Positions 54,521 through 63,423 of a stretch of DNA of 64,000 nucleotides are shown piece after piece. Position 1 is the first letter of the stretch, and each line of letters opens with the position of its first letter. The notes below the pieces were generated by a model that worked only from the letters and a program-made list of their open reading frames with translations, did no database searches and was not told the origin of the DNA. Made by a program: the position numbers and the translations under genes. Where the stretch lies: the IMG/VR virus record IMGVR_UViG_3300025127_000012; one strand, 5' to 3'. Origin of the DNA: a virus.

Positions 54521-54577
54521 TATATTTAGTACACATTTACTGTTTTTACAAGTACGGAAAACTGTAATAATTTTAGG

Positions 54578-54585
54578 TATAAATA
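54578..54585 (+). promoter_or_regulatory. T4-type late promoter
   Basis: Perfect TATAAATA 24 nt before ATG 54610. Confidence 0.8.
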
Positions 54586-54609
54586 TGGGTGAAGGTAGTA
54601 TAAAAAATC

Positions 54610-55116
54610 ATGAAACGATTATTAATCTTCTTCGGTATGATGCCTTTCTTAGGTGTAGGTGCTGCTCATGCAGACATTACACATAAGTTAAGTTCATCAG
54701 TTCAGTTACAAGTAAACGCAGCAGCGACTCAGGTTGAGCGTATTGGTTCAACGTACTCTGTAAGTGGTAACAATGTGACCACACAGTACACACCAACAGG
54801 CGGTAGTGCAACATCATCCATAGGTAGTATGACTATCTCATCAGGTGTTGGTGCTATACCTACGTTATCAGCAACCCAGGCAACAGCAGGGGAGAGTTGG
54901 AGCTTTACTCAGTCATTCACCCAAGGTGATGCTATATCAGGTAGTGCACCGACTGTTGGTGAGGTTGGAAACTTTTCCAGTCAAGTATCAACAGCAGCAG
55001 GGTCAGCGGGTAGTCTAGCGGGTACAATCGACACATCAGGAACCATTGCATTAACTGCTGGTGGTGCTGGTACACAAGCGACTGGACAGGTGGTCAGCGA
55101 ACTAACAGTGAGATAG
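54610..55116 (+). CDS. Secreted Ser/Thr/Gly-rich beta protein
   Basis: Signal peptide ..GAAHA|DITHKLSSSVQL. Confidence 0.8.
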   Translation: MKRLLIFFGMMPFLGVGAAHADITHKLSSSVQLQVNAAATQVERIGSTYSVSGNNVTTQYTPTGGSATSSIGSMTISSGVGAIPTLSATQATAGESWSFTQSFTQGDAISGSAPTVGEVGNFSSQVSTAAGSAGSLAGTIDTSGTIALTAGGAGTQATGQVVSELTVR

Positions 55117-55554
55117 GTGAGACATATGAGGAGTAACATAAAACTACTTCTTATATGCTTTGCCATGGGCGCAAACCCAGTGTTTGCAGTGCCTGTGGTG
55201 CCTAATTTTACACAAGGTAGTATGACGTCTCACACTGAGACGACTACGACAGTCACTGAGACTATAAATTCGATGGATTATAATACTGGGTACCAGTGGA
55301 CCGCAACAGGCACTGGTGTTACAGCATCTGGTAATCTATCACCAACAACTACAAGTAATAATGTAACTATTGAAGGAGTTGCTTCAACATGGACAGGAGT
55401 GGATACAAAACCGACGTTTACACAGACAACGCCAGGTGCGAACTTCCAATTCACAGAGACATACAGCGGACCAGGGTTGTCGAATCACACCGTGATAAAT
55501 CGAACCACCACTATCCAAAGCGTCACAGACACAACCAGTATCTTTCAGCAATAG
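55117..55554 (+). CDS. Secreted Thr-rich beta protein
   Basis: Signal peptide ..PVFA|VPVVPNFTQGSM. Confidence 0.8.
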   Translation: MRHMRSNIKLLLICFAMGANPVFAVPVVPNFTQGSMTSHTETTTTVTETINSMDYNTGYQWTATGTGVTASGNLSPTTTSNNVTIEGVASTWTGVDTKPTFTQTTPGANFQFTETYSGPGLSNHTVINRTTTIQSVTDTTSIFQQ

Positions 55555-56384
55555 GAATATCCCTTGCTATCACTGGGTTTATGCCTAGTGTTCGTGCTGA
55601 AACTGTTGGTGGTGTTAGTGCTACTGCATCGCCCATCGCGAATAGCAGTGGGTCAGTGACCAACCAAGCTATTCAAGTTTTACAAGGACCGTATATAACA
55701 AACACATATGGTAATGGTATCCAGTGCCAAGGTAGTACTCTCAACATAACTCCCTACGTTACTGGATCAATTTCTGGACAAAAACCATACGAAGCATATT
55801 GGAATGATCCAGTGTACGACATACATGACGCTGATGATGACGGTCAGATCGACAATCCAGGGAATATTTTATATTACATGCCTACTCGTACAGGTCAGAA
55901 AGATCAACTGAACGCATCTGTTGGTGTGTCTGCAACATGGTCAATACCATTAGATAAAAAGGCACAAGAGCAGTGTAAACTAGCAGTAGAGACACAGATA
56001 GCATTACAAACACAAAACATCGCCAATAAAAGATTAGACTTTGAGATAGCAAGATTAAAAAACTGTGGTGAACTCGCCAGGGACGGAATTCGGTTCCATA
56101 AAAACTCACCGTATCATAAGATATGTGCTGACGTCGTTGTGGACGGTGTACATGTAGTGAAACCACACGTCCATCAACTTAACCCTTCTTCTTCGGAGGA
56201 GAAAAAGGATCTAAACCTTTCTTTTTCCGATACTGATTCGTCTGGATCTCAGAGCGACTTAACTGCCTCGGTGCCTTCTTCAAAATCTTGGTTTGGAAAG
56301 TGGTCAATCCCTTTTTTATCGCGGGACGAAAAACCCTCAACAACAGGTCTGCAAGAGGTTTCGCTAGGAGCGCAGATCCCGTAG
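55389..56384 (+). CDS. Secreted protein with Cys pairs and coiled coil (start uncertain)
   Basis: ..SVRA|ETVGGVSATASP..NQAIQ; IQCQG; RLDFEIARLKNCG; ICADV. Confidence 0.75.
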   Translation: MDRSGYKTDVYTDNARCELPIHRDIQRTRVVESHRDKSNHHYPKRHRHNQYLSAIGISLAITGFMPSVRAETVGGVSATASPIANSSGSVTNQAIQVLQGPYITNTYGNGIQCQGSTLNITPYVTGSISGQKPYEAYWNDPVYDIHDADDDGQIDNPGNILYYMPTRTGQKDQLNASVGVSATWSIPLDKKAQEQCKLAVETQIALQTQNIANKRLDFEIARLKNCGELARDGIRFHKNSPYHKICADVVVDGVHVVKPHVHQLNPSSSEEKKDLNLSFSDTDSSGSQSDLTASVPSSKSWFGKWSIPFLSRDEKPSTTGLQEVSLGAQIP

Positions 56385-56988
56385 CAACTGTTGCTATGAC
56401 TGCGGTAGTACTCACTGTCTGAACGTCTGGTAATAGTGCTTCTAGTGGTGGTATATCCTCATACAATGTCACACAGATTTCCTTATTAGTTACAGGGTCA
56501 ATCTGTTTTTCAAAACCTGATACTTTCTCTTCCTTGTTCTGTGCTATGTCACCTATTCTAGGTGCATTTGGTCCAGGGCAGGGAAGTTCTTCGTTTGTGG
56601 GTGGTATATCTGGTGCTTCTACTTCTGGTGTCTCTGGTGGGGGTGGTGCATCTACCACAGGTGTCTCTATATCTCTCGTTATTATTAAATTCTCTGGTGT
56701 ATAGTCCATCGCATCAAAGGATGGCATACCAGCGTCACAATATACCTTTGCTCCGTCCTCATCATCCTTGACTAAGTTATCATTTGGGTTCTGTGGTTTA
56801 CTTTCTGGGTGTGCTTCTACACATCCAGGCATTAGAATCAGAGGTACACCAACTGGTACCGTTACTGGGTTATAAAATGGCAATGCCCCTGGTGTCACGC
56901 TATATCTTTGCGTGATCGGGGGCAATGTTATGTCAAATACATTGACATCGTTTATATTAATCGGTTGTATCAGGGTCACATGCTTCAC
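56179..56988 (-). CDS. Pro-rich membrane-anchored protein
   Basis: PGCV.AH, CDAG.PSF, CP..C, TM helix TTAVIATVATGSALLAKP, basic tail. Confidence 0.75.
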   Translation of the reverse strand: MKHVTLIQPININDVNVFDITLPPITQRYSVTPGALPFYNPVTVPVGVPLILMPGCVEAHPESKPQNPNDNLVKDDEDGAKVYCDAGMPSFDAMDYTPENLIITRDIETPVVDAPPPPETPEVEAPDIPPTNEELPCPGPNAPRIGDIAQNKEEKVSGFEKQIDPVTNKEICVTLYEDIPPLEALLPDVQTVSTTAVIATVATGSALLAKPLADLLLRVFRPAIKKGLTTFQTKILKKAPRQLSRSEIQTNQYRKKKGLDPFSPPKKKG

Positions 56989-57514
56989 TCCATTCAGTCG
57001 CTATCTGACCACCTATGTCAGCACCTTTATCAGCAGCACCTAGTGCTACAAGACCTCCTAGAACTGGACCTACGAATGGTACAGCAACTACCTTTGCACC
57101 AGCAGCAGTACCAACAGCAGCACCTACTACCTTGCCTGTCTGTTCACCACCACCTTCTGCCTTGATGCATGCTACGTTGAGTGCATTTGCTTCTGCCATG
57201 CCTAGTACACCTAAATGGGTCTTACCATCCATTGTATACTCATCTACAACAGTCTTTTCTGTTTTCTTTGTTAGACCTTTAACGATAGTTGATGTGCTCT
57301 TGACCATAGTCTTAGGGTCATTCGCTTGATAACTTACCTTATACCCATCCTTAGATGCTGATATAGCATATGATGTATATGGTCCTACTGGTGGACTGAT
57401 AAGTGGTATCTGGTCTTTAACTCCGACTCGTGATACGAGGAGTGCAATCATACCTATATGTGAGAGTCCTACTAGACCACCCACTGTCGCTATAAGTATG
57501 TTTCTGCTCTTCAT
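56957..57514 (-). CDS. Glycine-zipper membrane protein
   Basis: N-terminal TM; CIKAEGGGEQTGKVVGAAVG...GGLVALG...GADIGG...C. Confidence 0.75.
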   Translation of the reverse strand: MKSRNILIATVGGLVGLSHIGMIALLVSRVGVKDQIPLISPPVGPYTSYAISASKDGYKVSYQANDPKTMVKSTSTIVKGLTKKTEKTVVDEYTMDGKTHLGVLGMAEANALNVACIKAEGGGEQTGKVVGAAVGTAAGAKVVAVPFVGPVLGGLVALGAADKGADIGGQIATEWSEACDPDTTD

Positions 57515-57729
57515 TTTAGTGGTAAAGCGGGTCCAGAGAAGTCGGGTAGAGCATCTGGAACCATGTCAGGTAACGAACCAGACACTGCACCGAGTGCTGC
57601 TCCTGTTACTTTTGTTTTAATGTTGTCAATGATTGCATCCTTACGGATGAATACATATCCACCGAGTCCTACGACTGAAAGTGACACCACACCACCAAAA
57701 ATGGCGATAGCATTAACGAGTTTTTGCAT
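57511..57729 (-). CDS. Small membrane protein
   Basis: MQKLVNAIA...VSLSVVG.G.Y signal-anchor; Pro-rich tail. Confidence 0.75.
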   Translation of the reverse strand: MQKLVNAIAIFGGVVSLSVVGLGGYVFIRKDAIIDNIKTKVTGAALGAVSGSLPDMVPDALPDFSGPALPLK

Positions 57730-58025
57730 TACTTTTTACCTTCTGTTTGCATGTACTTGCATGTTGTTCCTTTGGGTGAGTCACCATTCTTTTTGGACGT
57801 GGCGACACCGAAAGTGGCAAGTGTTCCTGTGAAAACGCTGGCTATGAAAGTGGGATCGATGTTTGTCTTTGCAAGTCCTGGGACCTGTAAGTAATTAATT
57901 GTGAGGATCGCAGCGGACCATCCTAGAATCACCAGACGGACCAGTGTTGCAACTGCATCGTCGTCTCTCTCATGCTTAACTATTTTCTGTTCTGGTTGTA
58001 CGACCTCTGTCTTCGCTGTTGACAT
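57729..58025 (-). CDS. Two-TM (holin-like) membrane protein
   Basis: LVRLVILGWSAAILT and IDPTFIASVFTGTLATFGV helices; basic tail. Confidence 0.7.
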   Translation of the reverse strand: MSTAKTEVVQPEQKIVKHERDDDAVATLVRLVILGWSAAILTINYLQVPGLAKTNIDPTFIASVFTGTLATFGVATSKKNGDSPKGTTCKYMQTEGKK

Positions 58026-58046
58026 AAGATAGAGGGGGTAGCACCT

Positions 58047-59492
58047 TTATTTAGACAATTTATCATTTCCAATATACATTTCTTCAATTCCTTTCTTAGA
58101 GAATAATTCTTTTGCTTCCCACATCTTAGATGCTATTGGTTTACCACCCATATTCAGTGATGTATTGAGTAAAACAGAGTCACCTGTCAGTTCTTTGTAC
58201 TTACGAAGCAACTTAGCGAAAGAATCATCACCCTCCACTGTTTGTATGCGGCTACTGCCATCTACATGTGTCACAGACAACAATTCTTCGTCGTGAACGT
58301 ATGCACATGTGTTCATATATGGACTCTTACCCTTAAACTCGAAGTATTTTTGTGTATCTTCCAGTAGTACCGCAGCACCGAAGGGTCGGAAGTGTTCTCT
58401 ATGTTTAACCTTACTGTTCAATTCGTTCTTAGCGTTCGGTAATCTGGGGTTTACAAGGATAGAACGGTGTCCTAGTGCTCTTGGACCTATCTCACCATGA
58501 CCTTGGTACCAACCAACAATTTTACCCTGTGCAAGTGACTCTGCTGCCTCTGTAATGGTCTTATCAGTGGGTTCTTCGGGTGCTTCATCGTCCTGCCAGA
58601 AGGGGAACCCAGTAGTATCGAAGGGTTCTTCATGAAACTTCTGTCTTAAAAATTCTACCGCACCTAGTGATAGTCCACAATCGTTAGCATGAGGTGGAAT
58701 TCGTACATCTATGCCTGATTCATGCAGTTTTCCATTGAATACAGAGTTTTGTGCTACACCACCAGTGTAGGTCACAGGTCCATCACCAGTGCGACTCATG
58801 TACTCTACCAGTTTGTCACCAGTTATCTCATGTACAGTGCGTAACCAGTTAATATCGAACTCATTATCCCATTTTCTGATCCATGAATCATAGTTCCAGA
58901 TCTTTTTGATCTCTTCAATACTATACTGATCCATCAGGTTATAGTAGTTGGGTTCATTCATGCCATATGACTGCAATCCCATCACTTTTCCTGCTAAATC
59001 TAGTCCCCACTCGTCTGCTGTGAACCCACAAGTCCTACCCACATATGCCATTTCAACACCGATAGAACCAGTCTTCTTGACACTGTGTGAACTCTTCAAT
59101 TTACCGTTCAAATACAGTGAATGTGACCTATCATTGTTCCCAAACCCATCAAACACATAGTTTACCTTGGGTATGTCACCAAGCATCCATGTGCTCAACA
59201 CATGTGCCCAGTGGTGGTCGACTGCATACGTCTTACATGGCAGTCCTAAGTCTAAATCTCTATAATTTTCGTTCTCTGCGAAGCAAATCTTGTCTGTGAT
59301 CATAGCAATAGCATCTATGTCACTTAATTTTACACCCCAAGAATCTAGCACATCTGACCACTGCCAAATGTTGTCGTATCCATGATGTTTAATGCCGAAA
59401 AGACGCTCAGTTGCACAATACTTTACTGTTTTACCATCAGTATATGTAATGTTGGAATCATGATCATCAATTCTTAATCCTAAGAATTTCAA
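58047..59492 (-). CDS. Carbamoyltransferase (NodU/CmcH/TobZ family)
   Basis: HD, ER....KH, HH.AH, DGFG, GKVMGL..YG, GGVA.N, E.GPRALGHRS, K.RE.FRPF, HVDG.SR.QTV, LNTSLN..G.PI. Confidence 0.93.
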   Translation of the reverse strand: MKFLGLRIDDHDSNITYTDGKTVKYCATERLFGIKHHGYDNIWQWSDVLDSWGVKLSDIDAIAMITDKICFAENENYRDLDLGLPCKTYAVDHHWAHVLSTWMLGDIPKVNYVFDGFGNNDRSHSLYLNGKLKSSHSVKKTGSIGVEMAYVGRTCGFTADEWGLDLAGKVMGLQSYGMNEPNYYNLMDQYSIEEIKKIWNYDSWIRKWDNEFDINWLRTVHEITGDKLVEYMSRTGDGPVTYTGGVAQNSVFNGKLHESGIDVRIPPHANDCGLSLGAVEFLRQKFHEEPFDTTGFPFWQDDEAPEEPTDKTITEAAESLAQGKIVGWYQGHGEIGPRALGHRSILVNPRLPNAKNELNSKVKHREHFRPFGAAVLLEDTQKYFEFKGKSPYMNTCAYVHDEELLSVTHVDGSSRIQTVEGDDSFAKLLRKYKELTGDSVLLNTSLNMGGKPIASKMWEAKELFSKKGIEEMYIGNDKLSK

Positions 59493-59677
59493 TGTCTGTC
59501 GTATTCAGTTCGTTTATGTTTTTTGTACACCTTTTTTAGTGCTTTTCGCTCTATTTTGAGGTGTTGGTATGCCTCTTCTGCTTCTAACTTCTTCCCCATC
59601 ACCATTGCATGAAGTGCTTCTACTCTCTTAGCGTAGAGGTAAAATGCTGATTCAAGATTGGTTGACTGAGAGTACAT
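59489..59677 (-). CDS. Hypothetical protein
   Basis: ORF track; operon packing. Confidence 0.65.
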   Translation of the reverse strand: MYSQSTNLESAFYLYAKRVEALHAMVMGKKLEAEEAYQHLKIERKALKKVYKKHKRTEYDRH

Positions 59678-59859
59678 TAATGTGAAGTTTCAAGGTCTGC
59701 TGTCTCGTTACCTTTCAATCTGATGTAAGATAACTCATCGTTGTAGGAGTGCATGATCTTTTCCCATATCATAAAGAAATCATCCTCTTCTAGGTTCTTA
59801 AAAATAGGTCGATCTTTCCAATATATGTGATATGTGTGCATTTGCATACTTGTAAACAA
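59677..59859 (-). CDS. Hypothetical protein
   Basis: YHIY.KD..IFKNL.E..F...W motif. Confidence 0.6.
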   Translation of the reverse strand: MFTSMQMHTYHIYWKDRPIFKNLEEDDFFMIWEKIMHSYNDELSYIRLKGNETADLETSH

Positions 59860-59862
59860 ATA

Positions 59863-59891
59863 ATTTTAACATGCTTACATTATATAGTCAA
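59863..59891 (-). promoter_or_regulatory. Sigma70-like promoter of the carbamoyltransferase operon
   Basis: TTGACT-17nt-TAAAAT with TGn. Confidence 0.65.
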
Positions 59892-59892
59892 C

Positions 59893-60366
59893 CTACTCTC
59901 CCAGGGTGTGTACCACTGGTTTCTCATGCATCAATACCTTGTATAATTTAGGTACAGAAGCACAAGATACAGGTATAAATTCAGACTCACTATCGAATCC
60001 TTCATACCTCTGTGACTGGTTGATTACAATAGACCCTGACTCACCTGATTTAGACCTATGATAGGTCATTTTAGGTATCATTAGGGCACCACTAGCACGA
60101 TTGAGGTGTACTATGTGGTATGGATATTTCCAGTCAAAGTTTACTAACTCGAACTGTCTCTCTCCTGATACAACTCTGTTGTAATCGTCCTGATATTTGT
60201 GAATATAGAACTGTTTTGCACCTACCATGTCGTCAGGTGGTGATGTAGCAGGACCATCATGTATCACTAAGTCAGATGCATTAGATTCTTCTACCGAAAT
60301 GTCATAAAATATGACATCTTGGGTCTCTCTGAACACCCGATGCTTCTTAAAATGGACTTCGCTCAT
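59893..60366 (-). CDS. Cyanobacteria-like cupin-fold hypothetical protein
   Basis: FRET..V.FYDI, DLV.H.GPA.SPP, QFYIH..Q.D, L.IP...YHRS.SG..GS.VINQ. Confidence 0.75.
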   Translation of the reverse strand: MSEVHFKKHRVFRETQDVIFYDISVEESNASDLVIHDGPATSPPDDMVGAKQFYIHKYQDDYNRVVSGERQFELVNFDWKYPYHIVHLNRASGALMIPKMTYHRSKSGESGSIVINQSQRYEGFDSESEFIPVSCASVPKLYKVLMHEKPVVHTLGE

Positions 60367-60655
60367 TGTAGTTTATCTCCATGTCATCGAGTCCTTTGAC
60401 CTCTGATGGAGTTGTTTTAATTGTTGCCTTTATCTTAGCATCTTCTTCCCATTTTTGCAATATTTCCTCTGCCTGTGCGTCAACACTTGTCATTTCCATG
60501 TCAACCTTACCTTCTATCCATTTCTCTTTTAACCACTCTATAAGTGCCTGTGCTAAAAAAGAGATAGGAAAGCGTTGTTTGCTTGCCCACCTCTCATATT
60601 TGACGTACCATGGTTCTTTCCCTGGTCCAAATGTTTTGTGAAACTTTATCTCCAT
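60347..60655 (-). CDS. Hypothetical protein
   Basis: ORF track; operon packing. Confidence 0.65.
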   Translation of the reverse strand: MEIKFHKTFGPGKEPWYVKYERWASKQRFPISFLAQALIEWLKEKWIEGKVDMEMTSVDAQAEEILQKWEEDAKIKATIKTTPSEVKGLDDMEINYNERSPF

Positions 60656-60906
60656 TTAGATAGTGCTTTTACGTCTGCTAATTTTGCTGTCTCTATCTCA
60701 TCGCTCTCATCAGCATGTGTATGGTGTGTGACTTCTCTTAATGTTTTAAGATACTTTAACACATGTTCTCGGATCTCCATTAACTCATCGAAACACCCTT
60801 GATTATGTGCACAACCCCTGAGTTTGTGGTCTGGTGCCAATACTGACTCTTCAAATAGTGTCAGTGCTCGATCATATTTGATCTCTGGTGTTTCTTTTCC
60901 GATCAT
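60646..60906 (-). CDS. Conserved cyanophage hypothetical protein
   Basis: RAL.LF.ESV..PDH.LRGCAHNQ.CF.EL..IR.HVL.YL. Confidence 0.75.
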   Translation of the reverse strand: MIGKETPEIKYDRALTLFEESVLAPDHKLRGCAHNQGCFDELMEIREHVLKYLKTLREVTHHTHADESDEIETAKLADVKALSKWR

Positions 60907-61163
60907 ACCTTTGCCTTCTCGATTAGATACTTTTCTTTTGCTCCTGCTTTTTCAGCAGCATAGAGTGCAAATGATTTAGTAGCAACTAATGACAGTATAT
61001 GTTTGATATTGTTACTATCATTCTCATCAAGTGGTCCTGCAATGCCAGAAAGAGCAGCACCAACGAAGGTTAGTTCTGCCATTACGACAATAAAGATTAA
61101 CTTCAATGCCCAGTTTCCTGTTTCAAAGAACCTTTTGATTTGTTTTACTGCAAATTCTTTCAT
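60903..61163 (-). CDS. Hypothetical membrane protein
   Basis: WALKLIFIVV.AEL...ATKSFALYAAEK. Confidence 0.7.
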   Translation of the reverse strand: MKEFAVKQIKRFFETGNWALKLIFIVVMAELTFVGAALSGIAGPLDENDSNNIKHILSLVATKSFALYAAEKAGAKEKYLIEKAKV

Positions 61164-61579
61164 GTTTCTGCTACTACTTTCTTTTTACCTATGTTGTACT
61201 TGGATTCAAGAATCCAGTCTGCCTTGTCTTTGTATGATAGTACCTTGATTTGATTCAATGGTGCTACCTCTGTTAAATCTTCTGCTTGGAAGTCTACTAA
61301 CCCCCAATCAAATAGTAACTTAGCAATTCTGTTACGTCTTTCAACATCATTCTTAGTGATGTTTGCTGGTTTCCCATCTAACGCAAACAGTTCTTTAAAG
61401 TGTACTATATAATACTTGCCTTTTTTGTGTAATATGTGACAGGATTGATATAGTTTGTGGTCTTTTCTTGACGCTACACCGATACGAGTAAGGGTCTCGC
61501 GGACTTTTAGGAAGTCATCAGGTTCCTTCAAAGTCACTTCTAACATCATATCCTGAGACCATGAGATCTCATCAGTCAT
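61160..61579 (-). CDS. regA: Translational repressor RegA
   Basis: PDDFLKVRETLTRIGVAS...LYQSCHILHK.G.YYIVHFKEL..LDG. Confidence 0.97.
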   Translation of the reverse strand: MTDEISWSQDMMLEVTLKEPDDFLKVRETLTRIGVASRKDHKLYQSCHILHKKGKYYIVHFKELFALDGKPANITKNDVERRNRIAKLLFDWGLVDFQAEDLTEVAPLNQIKVLSYKDKADWILESKYNIGKKKVVAET

Positions 61580-61968
61580 TTTTTTCCTCCAACATTTAGT
61601 TTCGCTTTGATGACTTCAAGTTGACCCTTGCTCAGTAGTTTCAATGCATCTTGTGCCTTGTCGGTACTATATCCGTAGAACTTTTTCACAAGTTCTAGGT
61701 CATTATCTGTCGATTTTTTATTCCAGGGAGAAAACCTCTTCGATTTCCTAATACTATATAGATAAAAATTATATTGAAGATCGTTGTCTAAGTCATAATA
61801 TCTGTTCATCTCATTACTGTACATAATACAGTCAATATAGTCAGACATACACTTGTTTATTACAAACTTTGGGTACTTCTTCATGGCACGTTCATCCTGT
61901 TCAACGTTGCCTTGTTTTAAGTTTATGCCATTGAGATATGTGGTGAGAGAATATTCAAATTTATCCAT
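61576..61968 (-). CDS. gp62: Clamp loader small subunit gp62
   Basis: YP.F.IN.C.S..D......EMN; RKSKRFSPW; VK..YGYS..KA. Confidence 0.93.
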   Translation of the reverse strand: MDKFEYSLTTYLNGINLKQGNVEQDERAMKKYPKFVINKCMSDYIDCIMYSNEMNRYYDLDNDLQYNFYLYSIRKSKRFSPWNKKSTDNDLELVKKFYGYSTDKAQDALKLLSKGQLEVIKAKLNVGGKK

Positions 61969-62800
61969 AAAGTAGTTCTTCTAGGGTGTTTTGAGGTTGA
62001 TCGTAGTTTGTTATCAGCAGTTCTGCCTTCTTAGTGTTGTCAGGTCTGTGTTGCATACCATATGTCATGGAGAAGTATCTCTGGTTGTAGTCCTTAAACA
62101 TTTCTTCGATCTCATCGTCAATGTTATAGGTTATCATCCACTTACCTTCTGCATCTTTACAATCCTCTGCAAACTTAACATGATCAAACTCCTTATGCAA
62201 CCCTGCATCACGTCCATATAGGTATGATCCTATCTTATATGGTGGATCTAGGAACTGAAATATGTTTTCACCTTCTTCTTGTAAACATTCAGTGTAATCA
62301 AGACATGTGATCTCCCATTTAGATATGACTTCTTGATACTTTTTGAGGTTATTTGCACCTCTCAGGGTGAAGTTCTGCTTTGATGCTGACTGTGAGAAGG
62401 AGGAGTTCTCTGTCAGTCCTGAGTAACTACACTTGTTAAGCACCCAAAATAGAACTGCCTGTCTAAAACTGTCTGCTGTCTGTATTTCTACCTTACTTTT
62501 ATCAAATAGTTCTCTGGCAAGGTCGGGTGTAGGGTGGTCTTGTTTGATAGCATAACAGGTGTCACTCAACTCATCACCTCTGTCTCTTAAATTGATCCAG
62601 AAATGGTACAAAGGGGTGTATAAATCATTGATCCACACTGGTACATCAGGGTGTAACTGACTGAAATATAATGCTACTGAACCACCACCTACGAATGGTT
62701 CTCTGAACTCCTCTATATCAGCAGGAAACCAGTCATATAGACGTACACATGCCCTTGATTTACCACCTGGGTATCTGAGTGGAGTTTTTAATAATCTCAT
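61961..62800 (-). CDS. dam: DNA adenine methyltransferase (Dam/D12 class)
   Basis: LRYPGGKS, EPFVGGGS, INDL, DPPY, W.ITYN, ELLITNY. Confidence 0.92.
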   Translation of the reverse strand: MRLLKTPLRYPGGKSRACVRLYDWFPADIEEFREPFVGGGSVALYFSQLHPDVPVWINDLYTPLYHFWINLRDRGDELSDTCYAIKQDHPTPDLARELFDKSKVEIQTADSFRQAVLFWVLNKCSYSGLTENSSFSQSASKQNFTLRGANNLKKYQEVISKWEITCLDYTECLQEEGENIFQFLDPPYKIGSYLYGRDAGLHKEFDHVKFAEDCKDAEGKWMITYNIDDEIEEMFKDYNQRYFSMTYGMQHRPDNTKKAELLITNYDQPQNTLEELLYG

Positions 62801-63423
62801 AATACGTTTATCCTCGCCATTGGTACACCTTGTGGTCCTGCATTGACAGCACCATGAGGTAATGAGTTAAAAGACATAGACCACCTGTCTTTTTTGCCTG
62901 CATGTGGGTCACTGTAATGTCTTAACCACCCAGGAAATATAACAAGTTTCCCTGGTTCTGCTTTTATCCTCTCAAATGGACCATCAAAGTAGTCTCTGGT
63001 AATTTCTAGTGTGTCTAGGTTACGAATGTCTACTGGGTCTTGGAAGATAGTATCACTACCCTCTGTAAAATAGAATACACCAGACAAATATGAGTAATTA
63101 TGTCGGTGTAAAGGGTGTCCTACACCTGATCCTGCGGGTGCAAAGTTTGCCCATGCGAGTGAGATTTTAAGTGCTTCTGCTTGTAGTGCAAGATCACATC
63201 TAATATAGTCTAAACAGTCCTCAAAGAACCCACATAGAGGTTTCATGGGTTCTTCTTTGTGTATGTCTCCACGACTTGTCCTAACACCCGCAGGAAAATT
63301 ATACATTGCCATTTCCAGAGTCTTTGCAAACTCATGTGCCTGATGCATCATTTCCATATCCTCCCCTTCTAGTCTAAATTCATAGACTGTTGTAGGAAAT
63401 AAATCATGCTTCTTGATCGTCAT
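62797..63423 (-). CDS. 2OG-Fe(II) oxygenase (H..H.H...IFP.WL.H type)
   Basis: WAN, H.LH.H..S.LSGVFY, GKLVIFPGWLRH, R.S.SFN. Confidence 0.85.
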   Translation of the reverse strand: MTIKKHDLFPTTVYEFRLEGEDMEMMHQAHEFAKTLEMAMYNFPAGVRTSRGDIHKEEPMKPLCGFFEDCLDYIRCDLALQAEALKISLAWANFAPAGSGVGHPLHRHNYSYLSGVFYFTEGSDTIFQDPVDIRNLDTLEITRDYFDGPFERIKAEPGKLVIFPGWLRHYSDPHAGKKDRWSMSFNSLPHGAVNAGPQGVPMARINVL

